Origin: an uncultured Chloroflexia bacterium
GTDB taxonomy: Bacteria > Chloroflexota > Limnocylindria > Limnocylindrales > CSP1-4
Direction of reading: 5' to 3'
Length of the DNA stretch: 64,000 bases
NCBI GenBank assembly: GCA_963817095.1
Contig: CAWFND010000008.1
Span: forward strand, 388,059 to 452,058
Numbering within the stretch: position 1 is the stretch's first letter; every line of letters begins with the position of its first letter. The notes under the pieces were generated by a model. That model saw nothing but the letters and a program-made list of their open reading frames with translations. It was not told the DNA's origin and ran no database searches. Below, one piece after another: positions 19,337-28,948 of this stretch. The position numbers and the translations under genes were made by a program.

Positions 19337-20296
19337 CTAGCCAGCGCTGCCGAACACGTCGCGGAAGCCGGACTCCAGGTCGCGCACCCGGAAGCCGAGC
19401 TCCGACTCGGCCTTCGCCGAGGACGCCAGGTAGCTGACCCCGCTCGAGGCCGACACGATCTCGGCGAGGTTCGGCTGCCCGATCAGCGGTCCGAGGGGCG
19501 CCATGACCCGGAGGAGACCATCGGGGATCCCGATGCGGGGCGTGGCGTGCCCACCGAGACGAGCGGCGATCGCGATGGCTTCGCCCAGGGTGGTCGCGGG
19601 GCCGCTCATGACGTACGCCTGCCCCGGCCGTCCGCGGTCGAGCGCGGCGACGATGCCGGCCGCGAGGTCTTCGGCATGGACGAGGCCGATCCGGACGTCG
19701 GCGGCGGCACGGTACGGGAGCTTGCCCGCGTGAGCCAGCTCGAGCTGCTCGCCGAACCCGGTGCGATCGCCCGGACCGTAGACCTGGCTCGGCTGGACGA
19801 TGACGATCGGGGCACCGCCGGCGATCCGCTGCTCCGCGACCTCGTGGGCGCCGTACTTCGTCTCGTCGTACCAGCTCAGGAAGCCGTCCGCGAGATCGCG
19901 TCGGAACGTCTCGTCGACGGTCCGACCCCGAGTGTTCCCGAAGACGTTGACGGTCGAGATGTAGACGATCCGCGGCGTCCCGGCCGCTTCGGCGGCGTCG
20001 AGGATGCGGGTCGTCGTGCCGACGTTCGCATCCCACATCGCCCCGTGCTCGGACCTCGGGATGCCGATCCGGTAGCTCCCTGCGGCGTGGACCAGGCCGT
20101 CCGCCCCGCGCAGCTGCTCCGTCAGCGCGACGACGTCGGACAGGTCGCTCTGGGCCAGCTCGGCGCCCGTCTCGGCGAGGAATGATGCGCGGCCGGGGTC
20201 CCGCACCAGGGCGACGACGCCGTCGCCGCGCTCCCGGAGCGCCCGGATGATCGCCCGCCCGACGAGCCCGGCGCCGCCCGTGACGACGACCCGCAT
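19337..20296 (-). CDS. NAD-dependent epimerase/dehydratase family protein
   Basis: ORF 19337..20296 has an N-terminal Rossmann motif [11 protein letters not shown] and a YxxxK region (YDETKYGAH). Confidence 0.8.
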   Translation of the reverse strand: MRVVVTGGAGLVGRAIIRALRERGDGVVALVRDPGRASFLAETGAELAQSDLSDVVALTEQLRGADGLVHAAGSYRIGIPRSEHGAMWDANVGTTTRILDAAEAAGTPRIVYISTVNVFGNTRGRTVDETFRRDLADGFLSWYDETKYGAHEVAEQRIAGGAPIVIVQPSQVYGPGDRTGFGEQLELAHAGKLPYRAAADVRIGLVHAEDLAAGIVAALDRGRPGQAYVMSGPATTLGEAIAIAARLGGHATPRIGIPDGLLRVMAPLGPLIGQPNLAEIVSASSGVSYLASSAKAESELGFRVRDLESGFRDVFGSAG

Positions 20297-20302
20297 CTCG
20301 AC

Positions 20303-21823
20303 CTAGTAGATCGCGGTGTCCGGGCCGACGTGCTCGAGCCACGCCTTGATGTCGCGGAGCAGCGCCGCGCCGCCGGCGCCGTCGTTGGCGCGATGATCGA
20401 CGCCGAGGACCATGTTCATGACCGGCCGGATCGCGATGACGTCGCCGTCGGGCGTCGCGACCACGACCGCTCGCTTCGTGATCGCCTCCATCGTGACGAT
20501 CCCGACCTCGGGGACGTTCAGGATCGGCATCACGAGATTGGTACCGAGATAGCCGGTGTTGTCGACCGTGAACGTGCCGCCACCGAAGTCGTCGACCCGG
20601 AGCTTGTTCGCCTTGGCCCGGCCGGCGACGTCCGCGATCGCGACGTTCAGGCCGTGGATCGACAGCTGGTCCGCGTCGCGGACCACCGGCACGATCAATC
20701 CGTCGTCGACGGCGACCGCGACGCCGATGTTCACCCGGCGCTTCGCCATGAGGCCGCCATCGGTCCAGTGAGCATTGAACGTCGGGTTCCGCTTCAGGGC
20801 GGCGGCCGTGGCCTTGACGACGAACGGGACGAAGCTGAGCCCGATCCCCTCCTTCGCCGCGTAGTCGCCCTTCGCCTTCTCACGGAAGGCGACGAGCCGC
20901 GTGACGTCGACCTCCATCTGGACGTACGCGTGCGGCGCCAGCAGCGCGCGGGTCATCTGGGCCGCGATGCCCTTCCGCATCTGGGTCGTCGGGACGAGAA
21001 CCTCGTCCGCGCCGGCCGGGAACTCGATGCCGGGCGCGGCCGTTGCGGCCGGAGCGACGGCTGCCGGCCCGGCTGCGGTCGTCGTGGCGGCGGGCGCAGG
21101 GGCACTCGTGGCCGGCGACGGTGTCGTGGGCGCCGGGGCAGCCGCGCCATTCGTGCTCGTCGGGACAACCGCAGCCGCGCCACCGACGGCCTGGCCGCCG
21201 ACGGGCTGGCCCGTTCGCTGGGCCTCGACGTAATTCGTGACGTCCTCGCGGGTGATCCGCCCACCGCCACCGCTCCCGACGATCTGGGCCGCCGTCACGC
21301 CATGCTCGCGGAGGAGCCGACGGACGGCCGGGGTCATCCGGGCGTCCGGGTTGCCCGGAGCGTCGGTGGGCTCAGCGCCGACCGCGGTCAGGGTCGGCGC
21401 GGCCGCAGTGGCCGCGGCGCGCTCGGGCCGCTCATCGGATCCGGCCGGGCCAGCGGCGGGGGTGAAGGCGGGTCGGGAGGGAGCCGGTGGCTCGACTGCC
21501 GCGGTGGCGGCGGCCGCGGGAGCGTCCGGGACCGACGGCGCGGCGGATGGCGCGGCCTTCGGCTCGGTGCCGCCGGCGGCGCCCTCTTCTGCCGTCTCGA
21601 TGACCGCGATCTCGGCGTTGTTCGGGACGGTGGCCCCCTCCTCGACGAGGATCTCCCGCAGGATCCCGGCGAACGGCGACGGGACCTCGGCGTTGACCTT
21701 GTCCGTGATGACCTCGACGAGCGGCTCGTACTTCTCGACCGTGTCGCCGGGCTGCTTCAGCCACTTGCCGATCGTCCCCTCGGCCACGCTTTCGCCGAGC
21801 TGGGGCATCGTCACCTTGGCCAC
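20303..21823 (-). CDS. dihydrolipoamide acyltransferase (E2 of a 2-oxoacid dehydrogenase complex)
   Basis: GTG at 21823 with a GGAGGA 6 nt upstream. The order is lipoyl domain (EVITDKVNAEV), Ala/Pro linkers, E3-binding domain (MTPAVRRLLREHGV) and catalytic domain (DHRANDG). Confidence 0.85.
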   Translation of the reverse strand: MAKVTMPQLGESVAEGTIGKWLKQPGDTVEKYEPLVEVITDKVNAEVPSPFAGILREILVEEGATVPNNAEIAVIETAEEGAAGGTEPKAAPSAAPSVPDAPAAAATAAVEPPAPSRPAFTPAAGPAGSDERPERAAATAAAPTLTAVGAEPTDAPGNPDARMTPAVRRLLREHGVTAAQIVGSGGGGRITREDVTNYVEAQRTGQPVGGQAVGGAAAVVPTSTNGAAAPAPTTPSPATSAPAPAATTTAAGPAAVAPAATAAPGIEFPAGADEVLVPTTQMRKGIAAQMTRALLAPHAYVQMEVDVTRLVAFREKAKGDYAAKEGIGLSFVPFVVKATAAALKRNPTFNAHWTDGGLMAKRRVNIGVAVAVDDGLIVPVVRDADQLSIHGLNVAIADVAGRAKANKLRVDDFGGGTFTVDNTGYLGTNLVMPILNVPEVGIVTMEAITKRAVVVATPDGDVIAIRPVMNMVLGVDHRANDGAGGAALLRDIKAWLEHVGPDTAIY

Positions 21824-21955
21824 TGATGTTCCTCCGGGTCGCGCAGCGGATCGGGGCCCGCCGGTCGTGGGTGTCCGGCCACAGTGTCGCGCATCATGCG
21901 ACCCCCCGTCGCGAAGCCGCTTGGCGTGACGGGCGCGGGACCGCATGATCCCGTC

Positions 21956-22683
21956 ATGCCGTTCATCACCACGGACGATGGGGTGCGCCTCCACGTGGAG
22001 GACGTCGAGCGCTACTCGCAGGTGCGCGCTCGTGAAGACATCCGGGCCGTGATGGACGACCTCGGCATCGAGCGTGCCCACATCGTCGGCACGTCGATGG
22101 GCGCCTTCGCGACCCTCCACTTCGGGTTCGCCCATCCGGATCGCGCGCGCTCGCTGGTCCTGACCGGGATCGGCTACGGGGCCGATCCGGGCAAGCATGC
22201 CCAGTTCGTCGAGGAGACGCTCCGGCTGGCCCAGACGATCGAGACTCAGGGTATGGCCGCGGCGGCCGCGAGCCACACGGTCGGGCCGGCCCGCGTCCAG
22301 CACCAGGCCAAGGATCCTCGCGGCTGGCACGAGTTCGCGACCCGGATGGCCGGGCACTCGGCGGTCGGCTCGGCCAACACGCTCCGTGGCGTCCAGGCGC
22401 GCCGACCCTCGTTGTGGGACCTCACGGACGAGATGCGCGCGCTCCGGCTGCCGACCTGGTCATCACCGGCGACGAGGACCATCCGTGTCTGGCGCCGGGG
22501 ATCCTGCTCAAGCAGACGATCGAGACCGCCGCGCTGGCGATCGTCCCGAATACGGGGCACGCGGTGAACACCGAGGAACCGGGAGCGTTCAACCAGCTGC
22601 TCGACGACTTCTTCCATCAGGTCGAGGCGGGCCGCTGGCCGAGCCGGGATCCGCGGGCGGTCACGACGACGATCTACGGCTGA
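21956..22683 (+). pseudogene. alpha/beta hydrolase remnant (internal N-terminal deletion plus frameshift)
   Basis: MPFITTDDGVRLHVEDV joins directly to the region just before the nucleophile elbow (HIVGTSMG), so the HG-oxyanion segment is missing. The frame switches near 22455 to ORF 22414..22683 (LVITGDEDHPC...NTGHAVN). Confidence 0.6.
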
Positions 22684-22700
22684 TCGCGCGGCGCTTCCTT

Positions 22701-22850
22701 CATGCGCCCGATGCGTCAAACGACCGCCGGCGGGTGGGTCGACCGCCGGTTGGCGCGCCCGGCGCATGGATTGACGTCCGAAGGCCGGCTTCGGGGCTGT
22801 TGACGGGCGGAATCGGGGTCTCGGACGTCGTTTGACGCGCTGGGCGCATG
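22701..22850. repeat. 150-bp element bounded by 24-nt inverted repeats (21/24 match)
   Basis: CATGCGCCCGATGCGTCAAACGAC (22701-22724) pairs with GTCGTTTGACGCGCTGGGCGCATG (22827-22850). GGCGCATGGA and TTGACG motifs recur inside. Confidence 0.6.
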
Positions 22851-22923
22851 GACCGAGCGTGGCGACGAGGATCTACGCCTGAACCTGACACCGGCTGTCG
22901 AGCCAGTTCGGCATCCTTCGGGT

Positions 22924-24102
22924 ATGTCGAAGACAGCCGTGACGCCAGCCGCCCTGACGACGGACTGGTCGCGCGTCCTCGCCTTCCGCCTGGCTCGCCA
23001 GCACCTTGCCGTGCGCACGTCGCCGGATCGGCTCGTCGACGTCGTCGGCGAGATGGTCGGGTTCCACGCCCAGGTCGCGAGCGCCGCCGAGCTCCAGGCG
23101 AACGCCCGGATCGAAGGCCTCCGCCTCGACGACGTCCGGGACGCGCTCGCGGCCGAGCGATCGATCATCAAGGCGTGGTCGTTCCGCGGCACCCTGCACC
23201 TCCTGACCCCGGACGATCTCGCCGACTTCGTCATCGCGGCGGCGACGCGCGAACGATGGCGCGAGGACGTCTGGCTCCGCTGGGTCGAGATGACCGAGGC
23301 GCAAGTCGAGGCCCTGATCCGAGCGGTCGGCGACACCCTGACCGACGAGCCGATGACGCGGGCGGTTCTGGCCGATGCCGTCGCCGGTCACCTGGATGAC
23401 CCGGTGCTCGCCGGCAAGCTCCGGACCGGCTGGGGCACGTTCCTCGGGCCGGCCGGCCAGCGCGGCGAGCTGATCTTCGGCCCGCCCGACGGTCGCAACG
23501 TGACCTTCGTGAACCCATCTGCCTGGCTCGACCGGCAGATCGCGTTCGCCGACCGACCCGATGCCGGCGAGCCGCTCGATGCGCTTGCGCGGATGATCTC
23601 GCGGTTCCTCGTGAGCTTCCCGGGTTCGAGTCGCGACATGGTCGCCCGCTGGTGGGGCGTGGTCCGTGCGGGGCTCATCTCCGAGGCGCTCGATCGGCTG
23701 CCCGTCGAGAAGGCCCCGGTCGAGGTCGACGGTCTGCGGACGTGGGTTCGGGCGGAGGACGTCGACGACCTCGCGGCGACCGAGCCGTTCCGGGGCGTTC
23801 GCCTCCTGCCCGCCTTCGACCCGTTCACGAACGAGCTACCTCGACGAACCGAGTCCGTCCTGCCGGTCGCCCACCACGACGACGTCTACCGGACCGCCGG
23901 CTGGGTGACGCCGCTCGTCGTCGTCGACGGCCGCATCGGCGGGACGTGGCAGCTCGCCGGGAGTGCCAGGAGACCCGTGGTGGAGGTCGTCCGCTGGTCG
24001 TCGTGGACCCGCGAGGCACGACCGGAGCTCGACGCCGAGGTGGACCGCGTGGCGGCCTTCCTCGACAAGCCGCTCGCGATCGAGCTGTCGACGGTCGACT
24101 AG
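22924..24102 (+). CDS. winged-helix DNA-binding domain protein (YcaQ/AlkZ-like family)
   Basis: ORF 22924..24102 is intact. Its length and motifs (WSRVLAFRLARQHL, GFHAQV, KAWSFRGTLHLL, LLPAFDPF) fit the family. The assignment is from memory only. Confidence 0.6.
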   Translation: MSKTAVTPAALTTDWSRVLAFRLARQHLAVRTSPDRLVDVVGEMVGFHAQVASAAELQANARIEGLRLDDVRDALAAERSIIKAWSFRGTLHLLTPDDLADFVIAAATRERWREDVWLRWVEMTEAQVEALIRAVGDTLTDEPMTRAVLADAVAGHLDDPVLAGKLRTGWGTFLGPAGQRGELIFGPPDGRNVTFVNPSAWLDRQIAFADRPDAGEPLDALARMISRFLVSFPGSSRDMVARWWGVVRAGLISEALDRLPVEKAPVEVDGLRTWVRAEDVDDLAATEPFRGVRLLPAFDPFTNELPRRTESVLPVAHHDDVYRTAGWVTPLVVVDGRIGGTWQLAGSARRPVVEVVRWSSWTREARPELDAEVDRVAAFLDKPLAIELSTVD

Positions 24103-24178
24103 CGGCCGCGCTCAGCCCGAGGGGCGGTGGCCGCCTCCCGCATCGTGGACCGCCTCGACCTCGCGCGCGGTCAAGACG

Positions 24179-24532
24179 TCACCCCTCGCTCCAGTACGCG
24201 GCGGCGGCGCGCTCCAGCAGCGCTGCCAGCTCCGCCAGCTGCGCGTCGTCGATCGAGGCGAACGTGAAGAGCGACGCCGCCGTCTTGCGCTTCAGGAGCG
24301 TCGCGGAGACGCCCTCGAGCAGCTCCGGGTGCTGGTACATGGGCAGCAGCGAGAACCGGACGACGCCCTTGCCCTGGTTCACGCCGGCAAACCACTGGTG
24401 CTTGGTCGCGCCGGGCCGCCGGAGGAACGGCTGGCCGTAGACCTCGACGGGTTCGAGCCGGTCGCGATAGGGATCGAGGAGGGCCCGCAGTCGGGCCTCC
24501 AGGGCCGTCAGCTCCGCGTCAGTAGGCGGCAA
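24179..24532 (-). CDS. hypothetical protein (117 aa, DUF1801-like?)
   Basis: ORF 24179..24532 has protein-like composition. Its start overlaps the E1beta stop by 14 nt, so it is probably co-transcribed. Confidence 0.45.
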   Translation of the reverse strand: MPPTDAELTALEARLRALLDPYRDRLEPVEVYGQPFLRRPGATKHQWFAGVNQGKGVVRFSLLPMYQHPELLEGVSATLLKRKTAASLFTFASIDDAQLAELAALLERAAAAYWSEG

Positions 24533-25502
24533 GCTTGCGGATCCCGTCCGCGATCTTCTCCGGGTTGACCATGAACCAGTCCTCGAGGACGTGGTTGTAG
24601 GGCACGCCCGGCACGTCCGGACCCGCGATCCGCGTCACCGGACCGTCGAGGTAGTCGAACGCCTCCTCGGCGACGATCGCCGCGACCTCCGCCCCGTAGC
24701 CGCCGAACCGGTTGTCCTCGTACACCACGAGGCACTTGCCGGTCTTCCGGACCGAGTCGAGGACGGTCTCCTTGTCGAGCGGGCGGAGCGTCCGCAGGTC
24801 GACGACCTCGACGCTGATCCCCTCGTCGGCGACGCGGTCGGCCGCCTCCAGCGCGTAATGGGCCATCAGCCCGTACGCGATGACCGTGACCTGGTTGCCC
24901 GGATGCGTCACCTGGGCTCGACCGAGCGGCACGGTGTACTCGCCGTCGGGGACGTCGCCGCGGACGCTCCGGTACATCTTCTTGTGCTCGAAGAACAGGA
25001 CCGGGTCGTCGTCGCGGATCGACGAGCGGAGCAGGCCCTTCGCGTCGTACGGGGTCGACGGGATGACGACCTTCAGCCCCGGCACGTGGGTGAAGAAGGC
25101 CTCGACCGACTGGCTGTGGTACAGCGCGCCGTGGACGCCGCCGCCGTACGGCGCGCGGACGATCATCGGGGCACCGTAGCCGTTGTTGCTCCGATAGCGC
25201 ATCCGGGCCGCTTCGGACACGAGCTGGTTGAACGCGGGGTGGATGAAGTCGGCGAACTGGATCTCGGCGACCGGCCGGAGACCGCCGATCGCGGCCCCGA
25301 TCGACGTCCCGATGATCTGGCTCTCGGTGAGGGGCGTGTCGATGACGCGGTCGTCCCCGAACTCGTCCCACAGCCCGTCGGTCGCGAGGAAGACCCCGCC
25401 CTTCTTGCCGACATCCTCGCCCAGGACGATCACGGTCTCATCGCGGCCCATCTCCTCGCGGAGCCTCTCGCGGATGGCCTCGATGAACGTCTTGAGCGGC
25501 AT
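24519..25502 (-). CDS. 2-oxoacid dehydrogenase E1 component beta subunit
   Basis: 327 intact codons from the ATG at 25502 within ORF 24519..27296 (MPLKTFIEAIRE...EIQFADFI...FFEHKKMY). Confidence 0.9.
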   Translation of the reverse strand: MPLKTFIEAIRERLREEMGRDETVIVLGEDVGKKGGVFLATDGLWDEFGDDRVIDTPLTESQIIGTSIGAAIGGLRPVAEIQFADFIHPAFNQLVSEAARMRYRSNNGYGAPMIVRAPYGGGVHGALYHSQSVEAFFTHVPGLKVVIPSTPYDAKGLLRSSIRDDDPVLFFEHKKMYRSVRGDVPDGEYTVPLGRAQVTHPGNQVTVIAYGLMAHYALEAADRVADEGISVEVVDLRTLRPLDKETVLDSVRKTGKCLVVYEDNRFGGYGAEVAAIVAEEAFDYLDGPVTRIAGPDVPGVPYNHVLEDWFMVNPEKIADGIRKLAAY

Positions 25503-26579
25503 CAGCGGCTGCCCTCGCCCTCGCCCATGCCCCAGGGCGGTGGCGCCTCGGACGGCCAGTCCTCGGCGTAGACCCACTTCATCGCGGTCGAGACATCCGG
25601 GTCCGGCTGCGCCTCGGCGTAGTCGGTCGCGTCGTCGACGGCCGCGGTGATCGCCGCGCTTGATCCGCGCTTCGGCCTCGTCCGTGAGGATCCCCGCGTC
25701 GCGGAGCTGGGCCCGGAACTTCGGCACCGGGTCCAGCGACTTCTCCGAGGCGAGCTCCTCCTCGGAGCGGTACTTCGTCTGCTGGTCGTCGGAGAGGTGC
25801 GCGGTGAGGCGGGTGACCTTGGCCTCGATCAGGGTGGGCCCCTCCCCCGCCCGGGCCCGGGCGACCGCGTCGCGGGCCGCCGCATAGCAGGCGAGAACGT
25901 CGGACCCGTCGACCATCACGCCAGGCATGTCGTAGCCGGCGGCCCGATGCGCCACGGCACGAGCCCGCGACCTGGCGGGCCAGCGGCACGCGAGATCGCG
26001 TAGCCGTTGTTCTCGACGACGAAGACGAACGGCAGCTTGTGGATCGCCGGCGAAGTTCAGCCCCTCGTGGACGTCGCCCTGGTTGCTCGAGCCCTCGCCC
26101 ATCGACCGTGAGCGCGACCTGGCCGGTCTTCCGGATCTTCGCCGCGAGCGCGAGGCCGACCGCGTGGAGCAGCTGGGTCGCCACGGGCGACGAGACCGAT
26201 ACGAGGTTGTGCTCGTGCGAGCCGTAGTGGCCGGGCATCTGCCGACCGCCGGAGGACGGATCCGATTGCGGTCGCGTACTGGGCGGTCATGATGTCGCGC
26301 GCGCTCATGCCGAAGGTCAGGCAGGTCGCGATCGAGCGGTAGAACGGGCGCGATCCAGTCCTTGCCCTTCTCGAGCGCCCACGCGATCCCGACCTGCGCC
26401 CCCTCGTGGCCCTGGCCGCTGATCACGAACGGGATCCGGCCGGCGCGGTTGAGGATCCACATCCGCTCGTCGACCGCGCGCGCCAGCGCGACGAGCCGGT
26501 ACATCTCGAGGAGGTCGTCGGCCGACAGGCCGAGGTCCGAGCCGAGGGTCGCCGCCGCCTTCCGCTCGGTGACGGCCAT
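25502..26579 (-). pseudogene. 2-oxoacid dehydrogenase E1 component alpha subunit, at least six frame changes as sequenced
   Basis: Consecutive conserved segments alternate between three frames: MAVTERK...DWIAP, FYRSIATCLTFGMSARDIMTAQYA, DPSSGGRQMPGHYGS...QVALT, GEGSSNQGDVHEGLNFA, IHKLPFVFVVENNGYAIS, VPLARQVAGS, AAGYDMPGVMVDG...TRLTAH and ITAAVDDATDYAE...GEGSR*. Confidence 0.8.
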
Positions 26580-28027
26580 CAGAAGTTGATCGACCGTCCG
26601 TCGACGGCGAGGGCCGCCTCGCCCATGACCTCCGACAACGTCGGGTGCGCATGGGTCGAGCCGCCGATCTCCCACGGGACCGCCTCGAGCTCGAAGGCGA
26701 CCGATGCCTCGGCGATCAGGTCCGTCGCGTGCGGGCCGATGAGGTGGATGCCGAGCGTCTCGTTGGTCTCCTTGTTCGCGATGACCTTCGCGAAGCCCTC
26801 GTACTCGCCGTAGATGACCGCCTTGGCGATCGCCTGGAACGGGACCTTGCCGACCTTGATCGGCAGGCCGCGCTCCTCGCACTGCTGCTGGGTCAGCCCG
26901 ACCGATGCGATCTCCGGCCGGCAATACGTCGCACGCGGCTGCTTCACGTAGTCGATCTGGTGGACGTCCTTCTCGCCGGCGATCGTGTGGGCGGCGACGA
27001 TGCCCTCGTGGCCGGCCGTATGGGCGAGCATCAGCCCGCCGACGACGTCGCCGATCGCGTAGACGTGCGGCTCGCTCGTCCGCATCCGGCCGTCGACCTT
27101 GATGAAGCCCCGATCGGTCTCGACCTTCGTCGTCTCGAGTCCGATGTCCTCGATGTTCGGGGCCCGGCCCGTGGCGACGAGCAGCTGCTCGGCGCGGAGC
27201 TCCTGGGGCTCCTTGCCCTCCGGCCCGACGACGAGGCAGATGCCGTCCTTGGTCGATATCGACCTTCGTTGCGTCGAAGCGGGCGTTCGTCATCACCGTG
27301 ATCCCGCGCCGACTGAAGCTGCGCTCCAGCGCCTGGCTGACCTCGCGATCCTCGAGCGGGACGACCTGGCGGCAGGTATTCGAGCAGCGTCACCTTCGTG
27401 CCGAGGTCGTGGTACATCGACGCGAACTCGCCGCCGACGGCGCCGGCACCGACGATCACGATGTCCTTGGGGATGCTCGTCGCGGCCAGGACGTCGTCGC
27501 TCGTGATGATCCGGCTCGCCGTCCGGGGTCAGGCCCGGCAGGCTCTTCACGCGGCTGCCGGTCGCGAGGATGACGTCGGTCGCCTGGAGGATCCGTTCGC
27601 CGCCCTTGCCCGGCGTGCCGTCCTCGCCCGGCTGGCTGACCCGGATCCTGTTCGGGCCATCGAGCCGTCCGCGGCCCGGCGATCCAGCGTGACCTTGTTC
27701 TTGTCGATCGAGCGTCTTCAGGCCGGTCCACATCCGCTTGACGACCTGGTCCTCGCGGGCGGCCATCTGGACGTAGTCGATCGCCGGGCTCTCCGGCCAG
27801 GACGATGCCGAATTCCTTCGCGTGGCGGGCTGCTCGACGAACCCGGCGGACTCGAGCAGCGCCTTCGTCGGGATGCAGCCGCGATGGAGGCAGGTGCCGC
27901 CGATCTTGTCCTCGTCGACGAGCGCGACCTGCAGGCCGAGCTGGGCGGCCCGGAAGGCCGCGGTATAGCCGCCGGTGCCCGCGCCGAGGACGACGAGATC
28001 GAAGTCGTTGGACGAGCCGACGGCCAT
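26579..28027 (-). pseudogene. lpdA: dihydrolipoyl dehydrogenase (E3), N-terminal two-thirds frameshifted
   Basis: FAD site and redox disulfide (VVLGAGTGGY, GGTCLHRGCIPTK) are in ORF 27293..28027. The NAD site (IVGAGAVGGEF) is in ORF 27031..27459. The intact C-terminal 168 aa (HAHPTLSE) are in ORF 26579..27085. Confidence 0.8.
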
Positions 28028-28246
28028 GGGTCAGGACGCCTCGGAAGCCGCGGTCCCGGGCACGGTCGCCGGCCGGCTGGGCAGGTGGATCATCGGTTCG
28101 GATGGTACGCGGGGGGTTCGGAAGCCCGCAACCGACGCCCTGGTCGCGTGGCCCCGTCGGCGGGTCGCTGCGGATGCTTGGGGGACGCCTCCGGGCCGGT
28201 GCTAGACTCGCGGCCTCTCGATCCAGGGACGGCCCCGCGGAGCGAC

Positions 28247-28908
28247 ATGGACCTGCCGACGCTGCTCCTCGACCTCGCCCTCATCGTCGGCGCCTACCTG
28301 TGCGGATCGATCCCGATGGGCGTCCTCGTCGCCAGGCTCACCGGCGGCGTCGATCCGCGCACGGTCGGGTCCGGACGGACCGGCGGCACCAACGCGCTGC
28401 GGGCGCTGGGCCGGAAGCGCGCGGCGGTCGTCGTTGTCGGGTGACCTGCTCAAGGGCGCCGTGCCCGTGCTCGTCGCGCGCTACGTCGTCGGGCTCGGCG
28501 GCGGTCGAGGTGCTGTGCGGGCTCGCGGCCGTGGCCGGCGCGATCTGGTCGGTGTTCGTGGGGTTCCGGGGCGGCCGGGGCGTCGGCACCGGCGTCGGGA
28601 CGATGCTCGTCATCCAGCCCGTGGCCGTGCTGCTGGCCGCGCCGGTGTTCATCGGAGCGATCCTGATCACGCGCTACGTGTCGCTGGGGTCGCTGCTCGG
28701 ATCGGCGGCCCTGTTCCCCGCGATGCTCGTCATCTGGGCCGTGGCGGACGGCGCCGTGCCGCCGGGCTACCTCGTCTACGCGATCATCGGGCCCGCCCTG
28801 ATCTGGGTCGCCCACGCCGACAACATCGATCGGCTGCTGCACGGCACCGAGCGGAAGTTCGACCTGGGGATGCTCAGCGGCCGGTCCGGCGGGAGCGATG
28901 CCCACTGA
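28247..28908 (+). pseudogene. plsY: glycerol-3-phosphate acyltransferase PlsY, two frameshifts
   Basis: MDLPTLLLDL...GSGRTGGTNALRALG (ORF 27398..28444 tail), then DLLKGAVPVLVA (ORF 28434..), then GFRGGRGVGTGVG...HADNIDRLLHGTERKF (ORF 27805..28908 tail). Confidence 0.8.
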
Positions 28909-28948
28909 CCGTGCCCGGACCGGCCGCGCTCGGGGCCGACACCCAGCG

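Noticed and set aside
20900-21500. Repetitive Ala/Pro/Thr-rich coding sequence inside the E2 gene.
   Set aside because: These are ordinary flexible inter-domain linkers of lipoyl-bearing E2 proteins, not a mobile or tandem-repeat element.
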